The position numbers and the translations under genes were made by a program. The notes under the pieces were generated by a model. It saw only the letters and a program-made list of their open reading frames with translations, had not been told where the DNA came from and did not search any database. A DNA stretch of 64,000 nucleotides from a virus (lineage: Duplodnaviria; Caudoviricetes): IMG/VR virus record IMGVR_UViG_3300028593_000003. One strand, given 5' to 3'. This document shows positions 25,939 to 35,774 of this stretch, one piece after another (positions within the stretch are counted from its first letter, which is position 1; the number at the start of each line of letters is the position of its first letter).

Positions 25939-28900
25939 TCATAGTATTTTATCAATACTTTCTATAATAACATCGGGAGCAATGGTTCTCGAACATTCAT
26001 ATTTTTTATTTCTTGGGCACCACAACCAATTTCCCCTGTCATATGGATGCTTTATATCATTATAACAACCTCTGCAAACACCTTCAGGCGGAACAATTCT
26101 TATGCAATCCTTCATTTCAGACCATGGCTCTGAGAAACCAGAAATAAGTATAGTTGGAATATTCAATGCCCATGAAAGCCAAGATAGACCTGACCCCACA
26201 CCAATGAAAAGTTTCGAATTGTAGATATTATTGATTGTTTGTTGAATTGTTGAATTTGTCCTGTCAACAATACCGGATAATTGAGTTGTCTCCTTGCTCA
26301 CAACCATTACATCATATCCCTTTTCTTTTATATAATTGATGATTATTTGCCAGCCCAGAGGATAATGCCATCTTTTACAGAGTAGGGTTGAGTGCTCAGA
26401 AATTGTAACATATGGCTTTTTCACATTTTTCTTCTCTGCTGTTATCTTCGGTTTTATCTCTTCATAATCAAGACCAAGATAGTCCGTAGCAACTTTCTGT
26501 AATGGAACCAATCTCCAATTGTTTTTGTTTGAATGATAGTCATTATCCCTACATCCCACGGTATAGAAAATATTGGGTTTCAATGCGCCCGGCTCCACAA
26601 ATCTCAAATCGGGATATTCCTTCTCAAATATTTTATTCCAGAATGTTGACACATAAAAGTCCTTACACCCATGTTTTTCTTTGAAAACTTTAGCATATGG
26701 AAACCAAGCTAATGTATCGCCCAGTGCTTTACTGTCAAAATATACAAGAACTTTATCATTTACAAAATCCGGCTCAAATATTTTATAAGGAGCTTCATTC
26801 TTATCAATTAAAATGTTCCAATTTACATAATATCTTGCATTTGGAGCGACCCAATGATTTGGCCTTATTGTGCCTCTATGTATAATCAGATCGACATCTT
26901 TATCAGTAAATGTTACTCTATATTCAGCATCACTTTTGCCGATAATTTCAACTTTTACCCCATCAATATATGTTACCTTTATCAAATCTTCCTGCTCTAT
27001 CCATCCCTTATCATCAAACGAGTTCCATTTCCTACATACTAATCTTCCGTCTTTGAACTTGAAATTAGTCTTTGTATAATCCTTACCTGCTTCTCTATCC
27101 ACTATTTTATGTGACCATTTTCTTGTTTTGGTGTTCACTAAAAATTCAACAACTCGGCCGTCTATAGTTTCAGATAAAAATGTTCTCTCATCCGGTTCTT
27201 TATCTCCCTGATCGACCAGATTTCTATTCTTGATGATTTTATATTTCATGTCATCTTTGGTGAATAGAAAAATATCATCTGGCTTCGAATGTGCCTCAAA
27301 ATAATTATATAACCAATTTTCGAAAATGAGATCAATTCTGATTTTCGTTTTTTCTGACGCTTCTGCAATCAATTTATTATAGTCAGACCACGATGAAATA
27401 TCCATCAATCTCTCATTCATCCACTTAATGTCAAATGAAAAAAGATTAGCGATTATTCCATATGTAGGATCAATGCCCGGAACCTTCCGTGGATTTTGTT
27501 CTTCATCATATATAAAACCAACCATTTTATATTTTTCTAATTTTTTTCTGGCTTCTACAAGATAAAGATCGAGGTCTATATCAATATCAAACTCAATAAA
27601 ATGCGCTATATCATATTGAGAGAGAAGCCTGACAGCATTTACCATAGAGGAATAACAAGCAGCTCCATGATATTTTGTTTCGTACTGTGAAACAATTTTC
27701 ACTTCCTCGTTCTGAAACCAATAATTCAGGTTCCACCCATCACTCATAATATTGTTAGCATCATAAATGTAATAGTTTACCATCTTCTGTATTTCTACAG
27801 AAATTGGATAATGAGATACAAGAAGAACGGGAAATCCCCTTTCCTGTATTTCCTCTATCATTCCTTTTGTGAGTTCCTCTTTCTCGGGCAAGTCGGGGTA
27901 AGTGTCAATGATGAAAATTTCTTTTGGTTCTTTTTTTGTTGCCTCCATAAGGATGCATTGCTGGTCATGCGACCAGACATTTCTCATTTTTATATCTCTA
28001 AAGCCGGCTTCTCTCAATAAAGTTTCCAACCTATGTTTCGTAAAGCCGATTTTATGTTGTTCACCCTCGTTTGTCTGTAACCCAAAAATTGTATCAAGAT
28101 GAAAATCCCATTTTTCATCTTCTGGTTTATCAAGCCAAGTTTTCACGACCCATTCAAAATCAGGAACTTCAAATACGAGTTTGCCATTCATATCCAATAC
28201 ACGATAACATTCTTTGAGAACAGCAGGCACTTCATATCTATTGAAATGCTCCAATAAATGTGACGAATAAACTTCCTCAAATGTATTATCGTTATAGGGG
28301 ATATCCTGAGCGTCAAAATTTATATCAGCTTTTTTATCAAATTTATCTGCATTGATATAACCTATTCTAATTCTATCGCCACAACCTAAATTTAATTTTT
28401 TTGTTTCAACTTTTCTGCCTTTTGTTTTACCGGAACCAAACTCTTCTAATATAACAAGTGCCTTATCAACTGCCTTTTCCCAAGTAAAATCTCTTCGTAT
28501 TATTTCAGATTGTTTGAGTGCTTTTTCTTTACAGATTGTGTAATTTTCGTATACCTCTCTCATCACCCGCTTCAGATGATCAAAATCTGGTTCTGCCCAT
28601 TCGCCCGGTGTGTCCTTCTGCATAAAAACATTTTCGGGGGCTCTCAATTCTTTTATGTTTACCAGATTGGAAGCATCTTTACAGAACTCAAGTTGTGCGC
28701 CCCAATTTGAAGCAATTGTAGGAATGCCTGTAGCGATACCCTGAATGAGAGGGAGATTCCATCCCTCAGACCTTGCACAAGTCACAAGACAATGACAGGA
28801 ACGAAGATAAGAAAGATAAAGATCATCACTTTCTGGAAGCCCTGTCACGATTTTTATTCGTGGATCAATAAGTTTATGTCCTTTCAATCTTTCTTGCGTC

Positions 28901-30096
28901 GAGCCGTATTCGTCCTGTTTGAAAGGATTTTCAACTTGACATATAATATCCACCGGCTCATCATTCTTGAACTCTTCAATGAAGGCCCTCAAAATTTCTG
29001 TGGTTGCTTTCCTGTAATCCCATCGGCCGCAAAGAAGAAATTTGAACCTATCATCCTTCAATACTTTTATTGGTGGATCGCCGGGGCAGAAAAGATTTCC
29101 ATTCACTCCCTCTGGAACCACAAATATCTTGTCTGCTGGATATCCCTGTTCTATCGTACACCATCTCTGCCAATGTGTCGGAACCCACAACATATCATAT
29201 TCAAGTAACTTGTGAAAAAACTGTTCCGGTTGTCTCGTACTCTCCCATACATTATACGCAACTTTTGGCCCATCATAGTTCTCGTAGAAGTAATAATGAT
29301 TTGTTTCCATCAAGATGATGTTTATGGGCCTGTGATAATACGCTCTATTGAGAGGCAACCCTACTTTATATGGTGGTTGGTTCCAAGTCTGCTCAATAAT
29401 CATATTCTTCTGTTTATCAGAGAGATGTGACAAGTCGGGAGTATAGGCAAAATTCCTTATTCTCACCGTAAGATGATCTGCTAATCTTGTAAAAAATTCT
29501 CTTGCATGGGATGCATATCCTGTATGTGGAACAAAACTACAATGACCAAGAACAAGGTCAAATGGAAAGGGTTTATCAAGTTTTACTAATGGTATATCTT
29601 TCATCTTTTCACCTTTTACACCATAAAATAATATCCCCTTTTCGGGGTCATCTTCTACAATAATATTTTCCATATCGGAAAAAATCTCTTTGAAATTATC
29701 TCCGGTAAATCTCCAATAATCATCAGGCCAATCGTGAATGGGGAAACCGGGCGCTCTTGTAGTAATAATAAGTTTGCCGCCTATACGGAGAACAGACTTC
29801 ATATTCTCTATGGCGGCCTTCCAATTTTGAATATGTTCAAGAACCTCTGTGCAAATTACGATATCAAATCTGTTCTTGCCATACTTTTTTACAAGATGTT
29901 GAACATCACATATTTCATCAACACCTTTACCCTCGACTATATCCGTTCCAATATATCTCTTTGGTTTATATCTCTCTACATAATACCTTGCAGAACCATT
30001 GAAATCGAGAGAACCAACTTCAAGAATGGATTTACCGGATATATCTTCTGGCCTCAAACATTTTTCTACAAAAAACAGGCAGGCTGAATTGCACAT
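25939..30096 (-). CDS. Multidomain glycosylation enzyme: SAM methyltransferase + GT4 glycosyltransferase + second methyltransferase + AAH/TibC-like O-heptosyltransferase domain
   Basis: ILEVGS / EVLEH; GYASHA, GRWDYRK, SEGWNLP; LNLGCG / HLLEH; LGDTLAWFPY, FIG..SGLSWL.WA, CxxC..WCP..EC. Confidence 0.85.
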   Translation of the reverse strand: MCNSACLFFVEKCLRPEDISGKSILEVGSLDFNGSARYYVERYKPKRYIGTDIVEGKGVDEICDVQHLVKKYGKNRFDIVICTEVLEHIQNWKAAIENMKSVLRIGGKLIITTRAPGFPIHDWPDDYWRFTGDNFKEIFSDMENIIVEDDPEKGILFYGVKGEKMKDIPLVKLDKPFPFDLVLGHCSFVPHTGYASHAREFFTRLADHLTVRIRNFAYTPDLSHLSDKQKNMIIEQTWNQPPYKVGLPLNRAYYHRPINIILMETNHYYFYENYDGPKVAYNVWESTRQPEQFFHKLLEYDMLWVPTHWQRWCTIEQGYPADKIFVVPEGVNGNLFCPGDPPIKVLKDDRFKFLLCGRWDYRKATTEILRAFIEEFKNDEPVDIICQVENPFKQDEYGSTQERLKGHKLIDPRIKIVTGLPESDDLYLSYLRSCHCLVTCARSEGWNLPLIQGIATGIPTIASNWGAQLEFCKDASNLVNIKELRAPENVFMQKDTPGEWAEPDFDHLKRVMREVYENYTICKEKALKQSEIIRRDFTWEKAVDKALVILEEFGSGKTKGRKVETKKLNLGCGDRIRIGYINADKFDKKADINFDAQDIPYNDNTFEEVYSSHLLEHFNRYEVPAVLKECYRVLDMNGKLVFEVPDFEWVVKTWLDKPEDEKWDFHLDTIFGLQTNEGEQHKIGFTKHRLETLLREAGFRDIKMRNVWSHDQQCILMEATKKEPKEIFIIDTYPDLPEKEELTKGMIEEIQERGFPVLLVSHYPISVEIQKMVNYYIYDANNIMSDGWNLNYWFQNEEVKIVSQYETKYHGAACYSSMVNAVRLLSQYDIAHFIEFDIDIDLDLYLVEARKKLEKYKMVGFIYDEEQNPRKVPGIDPTYGIIANLFSFDIKWMNERLMDISSWSDYNKLIAEASEKTKIRIDLIFENWLYNYFEAHSKPDDIFLFTKDDMKYKIIKNRNLVDQGDKEPDERTFLSETIDGRVVEFLVNTKTRKWSHKIVDREAGKDYTKTNFKFKDGRLVCRKWNSFDDKGWIEQEDLIKVTYIDGVKVEIIGKSDAEYRVTFTDKDVDLIIHRGTIRPNHWVAPNARYYVNWNILIDKNEAPYKIFEPDFVNDKVLVYFDSKALGDTLAWFPYAKVFKEKHGCKDFYVSTFWNKIFEKEYPDLRFVEPGALKPNIFYTVGCRDNDYHSNKNNWRLVPLQKVATDYLGLDYEEIKPKITAEKKNVKKPYVTISEHSTLLCKRWHYPLGWQIIINYIKEKGYDVMVVSKETTQLSGIVDRTNSTIQQTINNIYNSKLFIGVGSGLSWLSWALNIPTILISGFSEPWSEMKDCIRIVPPEGVCRGCYNDIKHPYDRGNWLWCPRNKKYECSRTIAPDVIIESIDKIL

Positions 30097-30510
30097 TTAT
30101 AATAATAGTCCGATAAGTATTCCTACCCCAATCAATCCAGCATATTCCATTATCTGATACATCATATTGGGTTTGGATTGTTTCAATTGTTTCTCGTAGG
30201 CTTCTCCCTGTGATTTGATGGTGTCCTGTAAAACTTCAACTGTTTTCTTTGATGCTTCCAATTGTTGTTGTTGAAGATCAACGATCTCCCTCATCAGTTT
30301 TACTTGTTTATACAGTTCAGCGTTCTGATCCTTGAGTACCTGAAGCTCTTCCTTCATAATATTGGCTCTCTCAAGTTCGACAACTATCTTTGCTGCATTT
30401 TCCTCTGATAAACAGACTTCTTCTGCAAAAGAAACATTAGCGAACAGGAGGATACCCAAGATCAGTAAGCCTGCGCTTAGTTTCCGCAACACTTGTGGGT
30501 GTCTGAACAT
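30097..30510 (-). CDS. Spanin-like protein (signal peptide, coiled coil, C-terminal TM)
   Basis: Overlaps the upstream i-spanin-like ORF in the lysis cassette; no clear lipobox. Confidence 0.45.
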   Translation of the reverse strand: MFRHPQVLRKLSAGLLILGILLFANVSFAEEVCLSEENAAKIVVELERANIMKEELQVLKDQNAELYKQVKLMREIVDLQQQQLEASKKTVEVLQDTIKSQGEAYEKQLKQSKPNMMYQIMEYAGLIGVGILIGLLL

Positions 30511-30793
30511 TTTGATACTTTGCCTCCAATTCTTTTACTTTAGTACGAAGCTTCTTCGCCTCTGCTTGTGATTTGTTCAATTGAATCCTGTAGCTCTCAA
30601 TCTGAGCTTCCTTATTCTTCAATTCCTCATCGTATTGATCTTTTATTTCCTGTGACCTATCAGTAAAGATTCCCTGAAGAAGGCCGGGAACCGCTCCCCA
30701 ATGTTTATAAGCATAGGCCCCACCAGTAATCAATCCAATCACAGCTACAAAGATTATCAATACCGTTTTGAACTTTACTATAAAATTCCACAT
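30437..30793 (-). CDS. i-spanin-like protein
   Basis: N-terminal TM plus coiled coil, directly after the endolysin. Confidence 0.5.
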   Translation of the reverse strand: MWNFIVKFKTVLIIFVAVIGLITGGAYAYKHWGAVPGLLQGIFTDRSQEIKDQYDEELKNKEAQIESYRIQLNKSQAEAKKLRTKVKELEAKYQNVQTPTSVAETKRRLTDLGYPPVR

Positions 30794-30802
30794 AAAAACC
30801 TC

Positions 30803-31402
30803 TTACCAAAATTTCATTCGGTCAATATTCTGACCTCTGTATTTTTTCCCGTAATTATAAACTTTTATGGAGTAATCGTAATTCACTTCACAAAAACTCA
30901 GATATCCCCACTTGAACTGGACACCTCCTCTTTTACAGGCGTTTCTCATATCCACCCATTGTTCGTTTCCGGCTCTCTTATATTCCTTCTTGAGATTTCC
31001 CCATCCACCATTATACGCCTGATATGTCAACCACAATTTCTTTCCTTCACCAAAGTTCTGACGATGAAGGTATGACATATAAAATGCCTGCATCTTTATC
31101 GCATGTTCAGGATTGTACGGGTCAAGGTCATATTCACCCATCAATTTCCTGACATACTTTGTCGTTGCTGGCATAAACTGTGCGACACCCTGACCCGCAT
31201 CAAATGCTGTCACCTTTGTCCTGCAACAACTTTCCTGTCTCAATTGTCCAAGTCCATACCACCACGGATATTGCAAACCAAAATACCTGATGTGTTGTGC
31301 TCTCACATCCGGTACAAAATCATCGCACCTGTCAAGTGACAATGAATTAGCTGGAAGTAGTATCAGTACCAGTATTATCAGTAATTTTAAGAGATTTTGC
31401 AT
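30803..31402 (-). CDS. Endolysin, lytic transglycosylase (SLT) with signal peptide
   Basis: QES, AGQGVAQFMPAT, AYNGG motifs; hydrophobic N-terminus. Confidence 0.85.
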   Translation of the reverse strand: MQNLLKLLIILVLILLPANSLSLDRCDDFVPDVRAQHIRYFGLQYPWWYGLGQLRQESCCRTKVTAFDAGQGVAQFMPATTKYVRKLMGEYDLDPYNPEHAIKMQAFYMSYLHRQNFGEGKKLWLTYQAYNGGWGNLKKEYKRAGNEQWVDMRNACKRGGVQFKWGYLSFCEVNYDYSIKVYNYGKKYRGQNIDRMKFW

Positions 31403-31658
31403 CTACAACATACTCCACGGTTTTCTTTACCGACCATATTCCAAAAGAGGCGGAAAAGAACCATATCATAATATGCTGGAGAGCAAGGATACCCTGTCTG
31501 ATTTCCTTGTCTATTATACCACATATTATGAGTATAAGGAAGGTAAATGTTATCAAAGCATTGATAAATCCACCTCTTATGGTCTTTTCCTTTTTGTCGA
31601 GAATATAGTCTATCATCAGCCGCCTCTTGCCCATGCGAAGATTATGATCAAATACCAA
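31347..31658 (-). CDS. Two-TM membrane protein (holin/antiholin candidate)
   Basis: Two hydrophobic helices; directly upstream of the endolysin. Confidence 0.5.
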   Translation of the reverse strand: MVFDHNLRMGKRRLMIDYILDKKEKTIRGGFINALITFTFLILIICGIIDKEIRQGILALQHIMIWFFSASFGIWSVKKTVEYVVDAKSLKITDNTGTDTTSS

Positions 31659-31954
31659 CCGATAATCATCAATTTTTTATATGGGTCTGTCTCCTCGCTA
31701 AAGTCGATATATTTCCAGAGTATCTTTCTTGTAATGTGTGCGTGAAGAATACCGGCTGAAATGAACATCAACTTGCCGAGGAAAATGCTGATAAGGCCGA
31801 TTTTCGGGTTATCCGAAATGAGTTCAGATGATGGAATAAAATAAAGAAGAAGAATAATAGAAAGAAGAGCCAGAGTATCAAGACCCGTTCTTTTCAGATT
31901 AAACCAGAAATTACTCCAAAAACTGAAACCATTACCATTTTCACCATTCGCCAT
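31616..31954 (-). CDS. Three-TM holin candidate
   Basis: Three hydrophobic segments; first gene of the lysis cassette; GGAGGTG RBS. Confidence 0.55.
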   Translation of the reverse strand: MANGENGNGFSFWSNFWFNLKRTGLDTLALLSIILLLYFIPSSELISDNPKIGLISIFLGKLMFISAGILHAHITRKILWKYIDFSEETDPYKKLMIIGWYLIIIFAWARGG

Positions 31955-31974
31955 ATTTTCACCTCCTTACATAT

Positions 31975-33213
31975 TTATTTTATTACTTTGTTCTTCATAT
32001 AGACCAACGGGATTACCTGTGGGGGTTGCCCCGTATAATCTGTAAACTCAATTTTCAATTTCGGGGCATATGCGTATTTACCCACATAATATGGACTGTC
32101 TCCAGCAAGTGATGTCACTTGTAAAGTAGTATTCGGAACCGATACATAAGTTTCAAAGCCCATCAACATAATTGCGTTTCCCTGTCTGTAGCCAAGTTTA
32201 TTGATAGCTTCTTGGAGTGGTTCCGTAAAACCGGATGCCATCAAATACCAAGTCCAGGCAACCATATCTGTAGTCCACGCAATATTGTGATACTTGGTTG
32301 TCTTGACGAGGGCGGCCCAGGCATCTTCATCTCCGTTAGGCGGAGAAATTGCATTATTGATGTAATTTGCATATATATCGTAACTTACATCGAGGGTCTG
32401 TGATACTGATGTACTGAATTGATATAGATTAGCTGATGTAATTATAGACCTTCTCGGAATATCACAGTTCGGAAATCTCAATCCCCAATCCCAAAAAAAG
32501 GGTTGCCCAAAATAGGTGCTTGCCCCCCAAGGAAGAAAACCATAGCTTGAAGGTGGAACCTCAAGATCATCAACGGCCGGGTTTGTCGGACATCTCCACG
32601 CCGACATAATATCGGTTGTTGATTGTGCCTGACCATACCATTTGTTCTCGACTGTAAATGTAATAACCAAGACCGGGGTTTTCCCCGCTCCACCAGCGGT
32701 TCCTTGTATTGTGCGATAAACTCCACTATCAGAACCATTGTCCTGAATACCAATCAGTATAAAATCACCTTCAGACCATCCCGCACCGGAAATCTTTTCC
32801 TGTACAAGTGATGTTATAGAAGGAGTATTTCTTTTTGCAGTAAGGCTCGGGCCCGAGCCGGCAAAAGCCTCCACATTGTTCCACGCGACTGTAGTGTCGC
32901 TCCAGACTATAGTATCATATTCAACGTGATTTGTGGGGGCCGTAGATGTATATCTCGCTACTTTTATAATTGCATTACAGGTATGTACTGTAACTGAATT
33001 GCCTCCCAAAAGTGTTATATACGCACTGTTTATTGTGGCTCCCTGTGGAATGTAAATGGGCCCAAATCTTATGAAGGCATCGTAAGTATACAAACCGCCT
33101 GGCCAGCCAACGGATGCCTGGCCCGCAGTAAATGAGTTTAAACTCCACGCATATCCTATATTGGCATTTTTATAATCAATACCAAAACTCAATGTAGAGG
33201 TAATAGACGCCAT
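31975..33213 (-). CDS. Virion protein with two tandem DNRLRE-like beta-sandwich domains
   Basis: IP.GATI.SA.. and IP..SII.SA.L, QE.I...G(W/Y)..G, P.L.I.FT repeated twice. Confidence 0.55.
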   Translation of the reverse strand: MASITSTLSFGIDYKNANIGYAWSLNSFTAGQASVGWPGGLYTYDAFIRFGPIYIPQGATINSAYITLLGGNSVTVHTCNAIIKVARYTSTAPTNHVEYDTIVWSDTTVAWNNVEAFAGSGPSLTAKRNTPSITSLVQEKISGAGWSEGDFILIGIQDNGSDSGVYRTIQGTAGGAGKTPVLVITFTVENKWYGQAQSTTDIMSAWRCPTNPAVDDLEVPPSSYGFLPWGASTYFGQPFFWDWGLRFPNCDIPRRSIITSANLYQFSTSVSQTLDVSYDIYANYINNAISPPNGDEDAWAALVKTTKYHNIAWTTDMVAWTWYLMASGFTEPLQEAINKLGYRQGNAIMLMGFETYVSVPNTTLQVTSLAGDSPYYVGKYAYAPKLKIEFTDYTGQPPQVIPLVYMKNKVIK

Positions 33214-33222
33214 AAAAACCTC

Positions 33223-34947
33223 TTATGCCTTGGTGAATGTGAGAGCAACGGACAATCCATATGCAGGAGTTGGGTCGTGAACAGTATCCACATCAATGAA
33301 TATCAGGTCACCCGTGGCAACATCATCATTACTTGCATTTATTACACCATCTCTTGCATAGTATTCACCGGAACCCACCGTGACAGGAGTTGACAACATA
33401 TCAACCTCGGAGCCAGACCTTCTTCTCCTTATCTGTATATCCATATCGGGCTCAAATGTTCCCGTGCCCGGTGTAGCAACAGATGCAATTACATCCGTCA
33501 ATTCATATCCGTTCAGGTCGAGAGGAATAACAAATCCTGTATATCCAGCACCGGATGCACATTGAGTATCAGAATCGAAAATAGGAACGGTGGTAAGAGC
33601 CAGAGACTCACCTGAAGTACCGGATGAACCGGATGTTCCTGCTTGTCCAGATGAACCAGATGAACCGGAGGAACCCGATGAGCCTGAAGAACCTGATGAG
33701 CCGGAAGTTCCAGACGAGCCCGATGTGCCCGATGTTCCATATGCGGTATACGAAATCACAATTCTCTCATCATCAGAGAATGTTCCATTCCCTGAGATGT
33801 ATGTAACTTCAATCCCCTTTGTATCTTCGGCTGTGGATGAATACTGTATGGTTAATTTTGGTGCATCACCTGCGCCGTAACCATCATATGATCTTGGAAC
33901 ATAGTGATGAAATGCTGCTAAAGCAGGCCCATTATTATAAAACATCAATTGTAAAGCTTGGCCAGATGCCCAGCCCGGCCTATTCACAATCTCTTGAATA
34001 ATATTTGATATATCAATTGTATTATAAGTCTGGCCCGTTGTCCAAGTGCCGGGGGATGACCAATCACCATATTCTGTTGTCTGTACCAGAGCGTGAAATT
34101 GTGTGTAGTTTGTTGGAGCCACAGCATTGTCAACATCGTTTCCATAAATGAGTATTGGTTGGCTATTATTATTATCTTGATATGCTTTGAATGTAACATA
34201 TGCGGCCAAAATAGATGACCCATTAGGAATAGTAACATTCTGCCATCTTACATTCGTATTGGCTGCTCCACAATGATAACCAAATCCAAGCCAATTCGCG
34301 GAGGCATAATATGTAGATATCAATTCATCCGTATGACCATCATCCGCTCCCGTGGCCACTTGAAATGTCGGTGTTCCATCAGTAACTTCCCCATCTACAT
34401 CGTAGACAGCGAATGTTGACGAATCATATTCAGAAAATACTCTTACTCTTCCGGGCACATTGTCTATAATATCCTGTATCCAATCTTCAACATCCACACT
34501 ATCATTGTTTGTCTTGTTTATATAAATTGCTGTAGACGCTGATGGTTCGGCAGTATTAAATCTGAGATAACCTGAATCAGTATCTCCACCGGATGTTTCT
34601 GTATCAAAATAATATGGTTGGCTATCTCCACCAAATAGACCTGATGAGCCACTTGTTCCCGATGAGCCACTTGTTCCCGAAGAACCGGATATTCCAGAAC
34701 TTCCTGATGTTCCAGAGCCACTCGTTCCACTTGAACCGGAAGTTCCACTTGAACCGGAAGTTCCACTTCCACCTCCACCAGTTCCCACTTCAAGCCAGTC
34801 AGCATCCGTTCCATAATAGAGTTTATCATCGGCCTCATTATAGACAAGTCTACCGTAATCATCGTCCGTCCACGCCGGAAGAGTTATCAACTTTTCAAGA
34901 ATAAGTTTTCCCTGAAAATCTTTACCGTAACTTTTTGTTCTTGCCAT
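33223..34947 (-). CDS. Fibre protein with G-T-S/G-S-S collagen-like tracts
   Basis: Shared N-terminal module, two Gly-X-Y tracts, internal DNRLRE-like domain. Confidence 0.7.
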   Translation of the reverse strand: MARTKSYGKDFQGKLILEKLITLPAWTDDDYGRLVYNEADDKLYYGTDADWLEVGTGGGGSGTSGSSGTSGSSGTSGSGTSGSSGISGSSGTSGSSGTSGSSGLFGGDSQPYYFDTETSGGDTDSGYLRFNTAEPSASTAIYINKTNNDSVDVEDWIQDIIDNVPGRVRVFSEYDSSTFAVYDVDGEVTDGTPTFQVATGADDGHTDELISTYYASANWLGFGYHCGAANTNVRWQNVTIPNGSSILAAYVTFKAYQDNNNSQPILIYGNDVDNAVAPTNYTQFHALVQTTEYGDWSSPGTWTTGQTYNTIDISNIIQEIVNRPGWASGQALQLMFYNNGPALAAFHHYVPRSYDGYGAGDAPKLTIQYSSTAEDTKGIEVTYISGNGTFSDDERIVISYTAYGTSGTSGSSGTSGSSGSSGSSGSSGSSGSSGQAGTSGSSGTSGESLALTTVPIFDSDTQCASGAGYTGFVIPLDLNGYELTDVIASVATPGTGTFEPDMDIQIRRRRSGSEVDMLSTPVTVGSGEYYARDGVINASNDDVATGDLIFIDVDTVHDPTPAYGLSVALTFTKA

Positions 34948-34961
34948 TTATGTTTCCTCTA

Positions 34962-35534
34962 TTATGATTTCGTGCAAATAATTCCTACTGCAGCATATGG
35001 CCTGTATGTGCTTGCAACACCGGAGGATGTTGTAACACCAGATGCTGAGCTGCTTGTTAATGTTCTGTTATATACCATATAATCAACCCATTCCGCATGA
35101 CCACGGCCGACTGCAAGTTGACCATTACCGACTATATTAGCATGCGGCCATCCAGCATCGCCCGGTATTACTACTGAATGTGTGTGATCCGACACAGTAT
35201 GTGTATGACCGGGCTGTGACCAAGTTCCTGCAAGGCTACCACCGGCAATATTATATGCCCCTGTTCCACCTTTCACACCCAAAAGGGTATCTGCCACGGA
35301 ACCATCTATCGTCCATCCAGCCGGGGCTGTATTCTGATAAAAATACATCTTCACACCGGAAACAATACCGGAAGATATGGATACCAGAACCCAATCCGCA
35401 GATGTTCCATAATAAAGACCGTCAATTGATTGGTCATAAACCAATCTACCTTCATCCTCCGAAGTCCAAGCCGGGAGAGATGCCACTCTCTGGACAAGAA
35501 CCGGGCCCTTGCCGTCAAATCCGTAAGAATCCAT
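34962..35534 (-). CDS. Short fibre / collar-like protein, paralog of 25094..25891
   Basis: LPAW...GRLVY; TAP.GWT...LL.VKGG..AYN..GG...GTW...GH.H. Confidence 0.7.
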   Translation of the reverse strand: MDSYGFDGKGPVLVQRVASLPAWTSEDEGRLVYDQSIDGLYYGTSADWVLVSISSGIVSGVKMYFYQNTAPAGWTIDGSVADTLLGVKGGTGAYNIAGGSLAGTWSQPGHTHTVSDHTHSVVIPGDAGWPHANIVGNGQLAVGRGHAEWVDYMVYNRTLTSSSASGVTTSSGVASTYRPYAAVGIICTKS

Positions 35535-35555
35535 CTATATTTCCTCTTTTGTTAC

Positions 35556-35741
35556 TTATTTTTTCTTTGGCCTTTTATCTGACATTTCTTCCAGACGCGT
35601 CTTGAACTTTTCAAGGCCTTCTTTCTGCTTGAGAAGCATAGCTTTCTCATCGTCTTTGGCGGTAAGGAGCTTCTCCTCCACCATCTTCAATCTCTTCTCT
35701 ATCATCTGTGCTCTCATATCAAATATTCTGTCAATTCCCAT
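35556..35741 (-). CDS. Small coiled-coil protein
   Basis: GGAGG RBS; CATAAATA at 35772-35779 upstream. Confidence 0.5.
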   Translation of the reverse strand: MGIDRIFDMRAQMIEKRLKMVEEKLLTAKDDEKAMLLKQKEGLEKFKTRLEEMSDKRPKKK

Positions 35742-35774
35742 TTTGTACCTCCAAAATATGTTACTCTATAGTAT

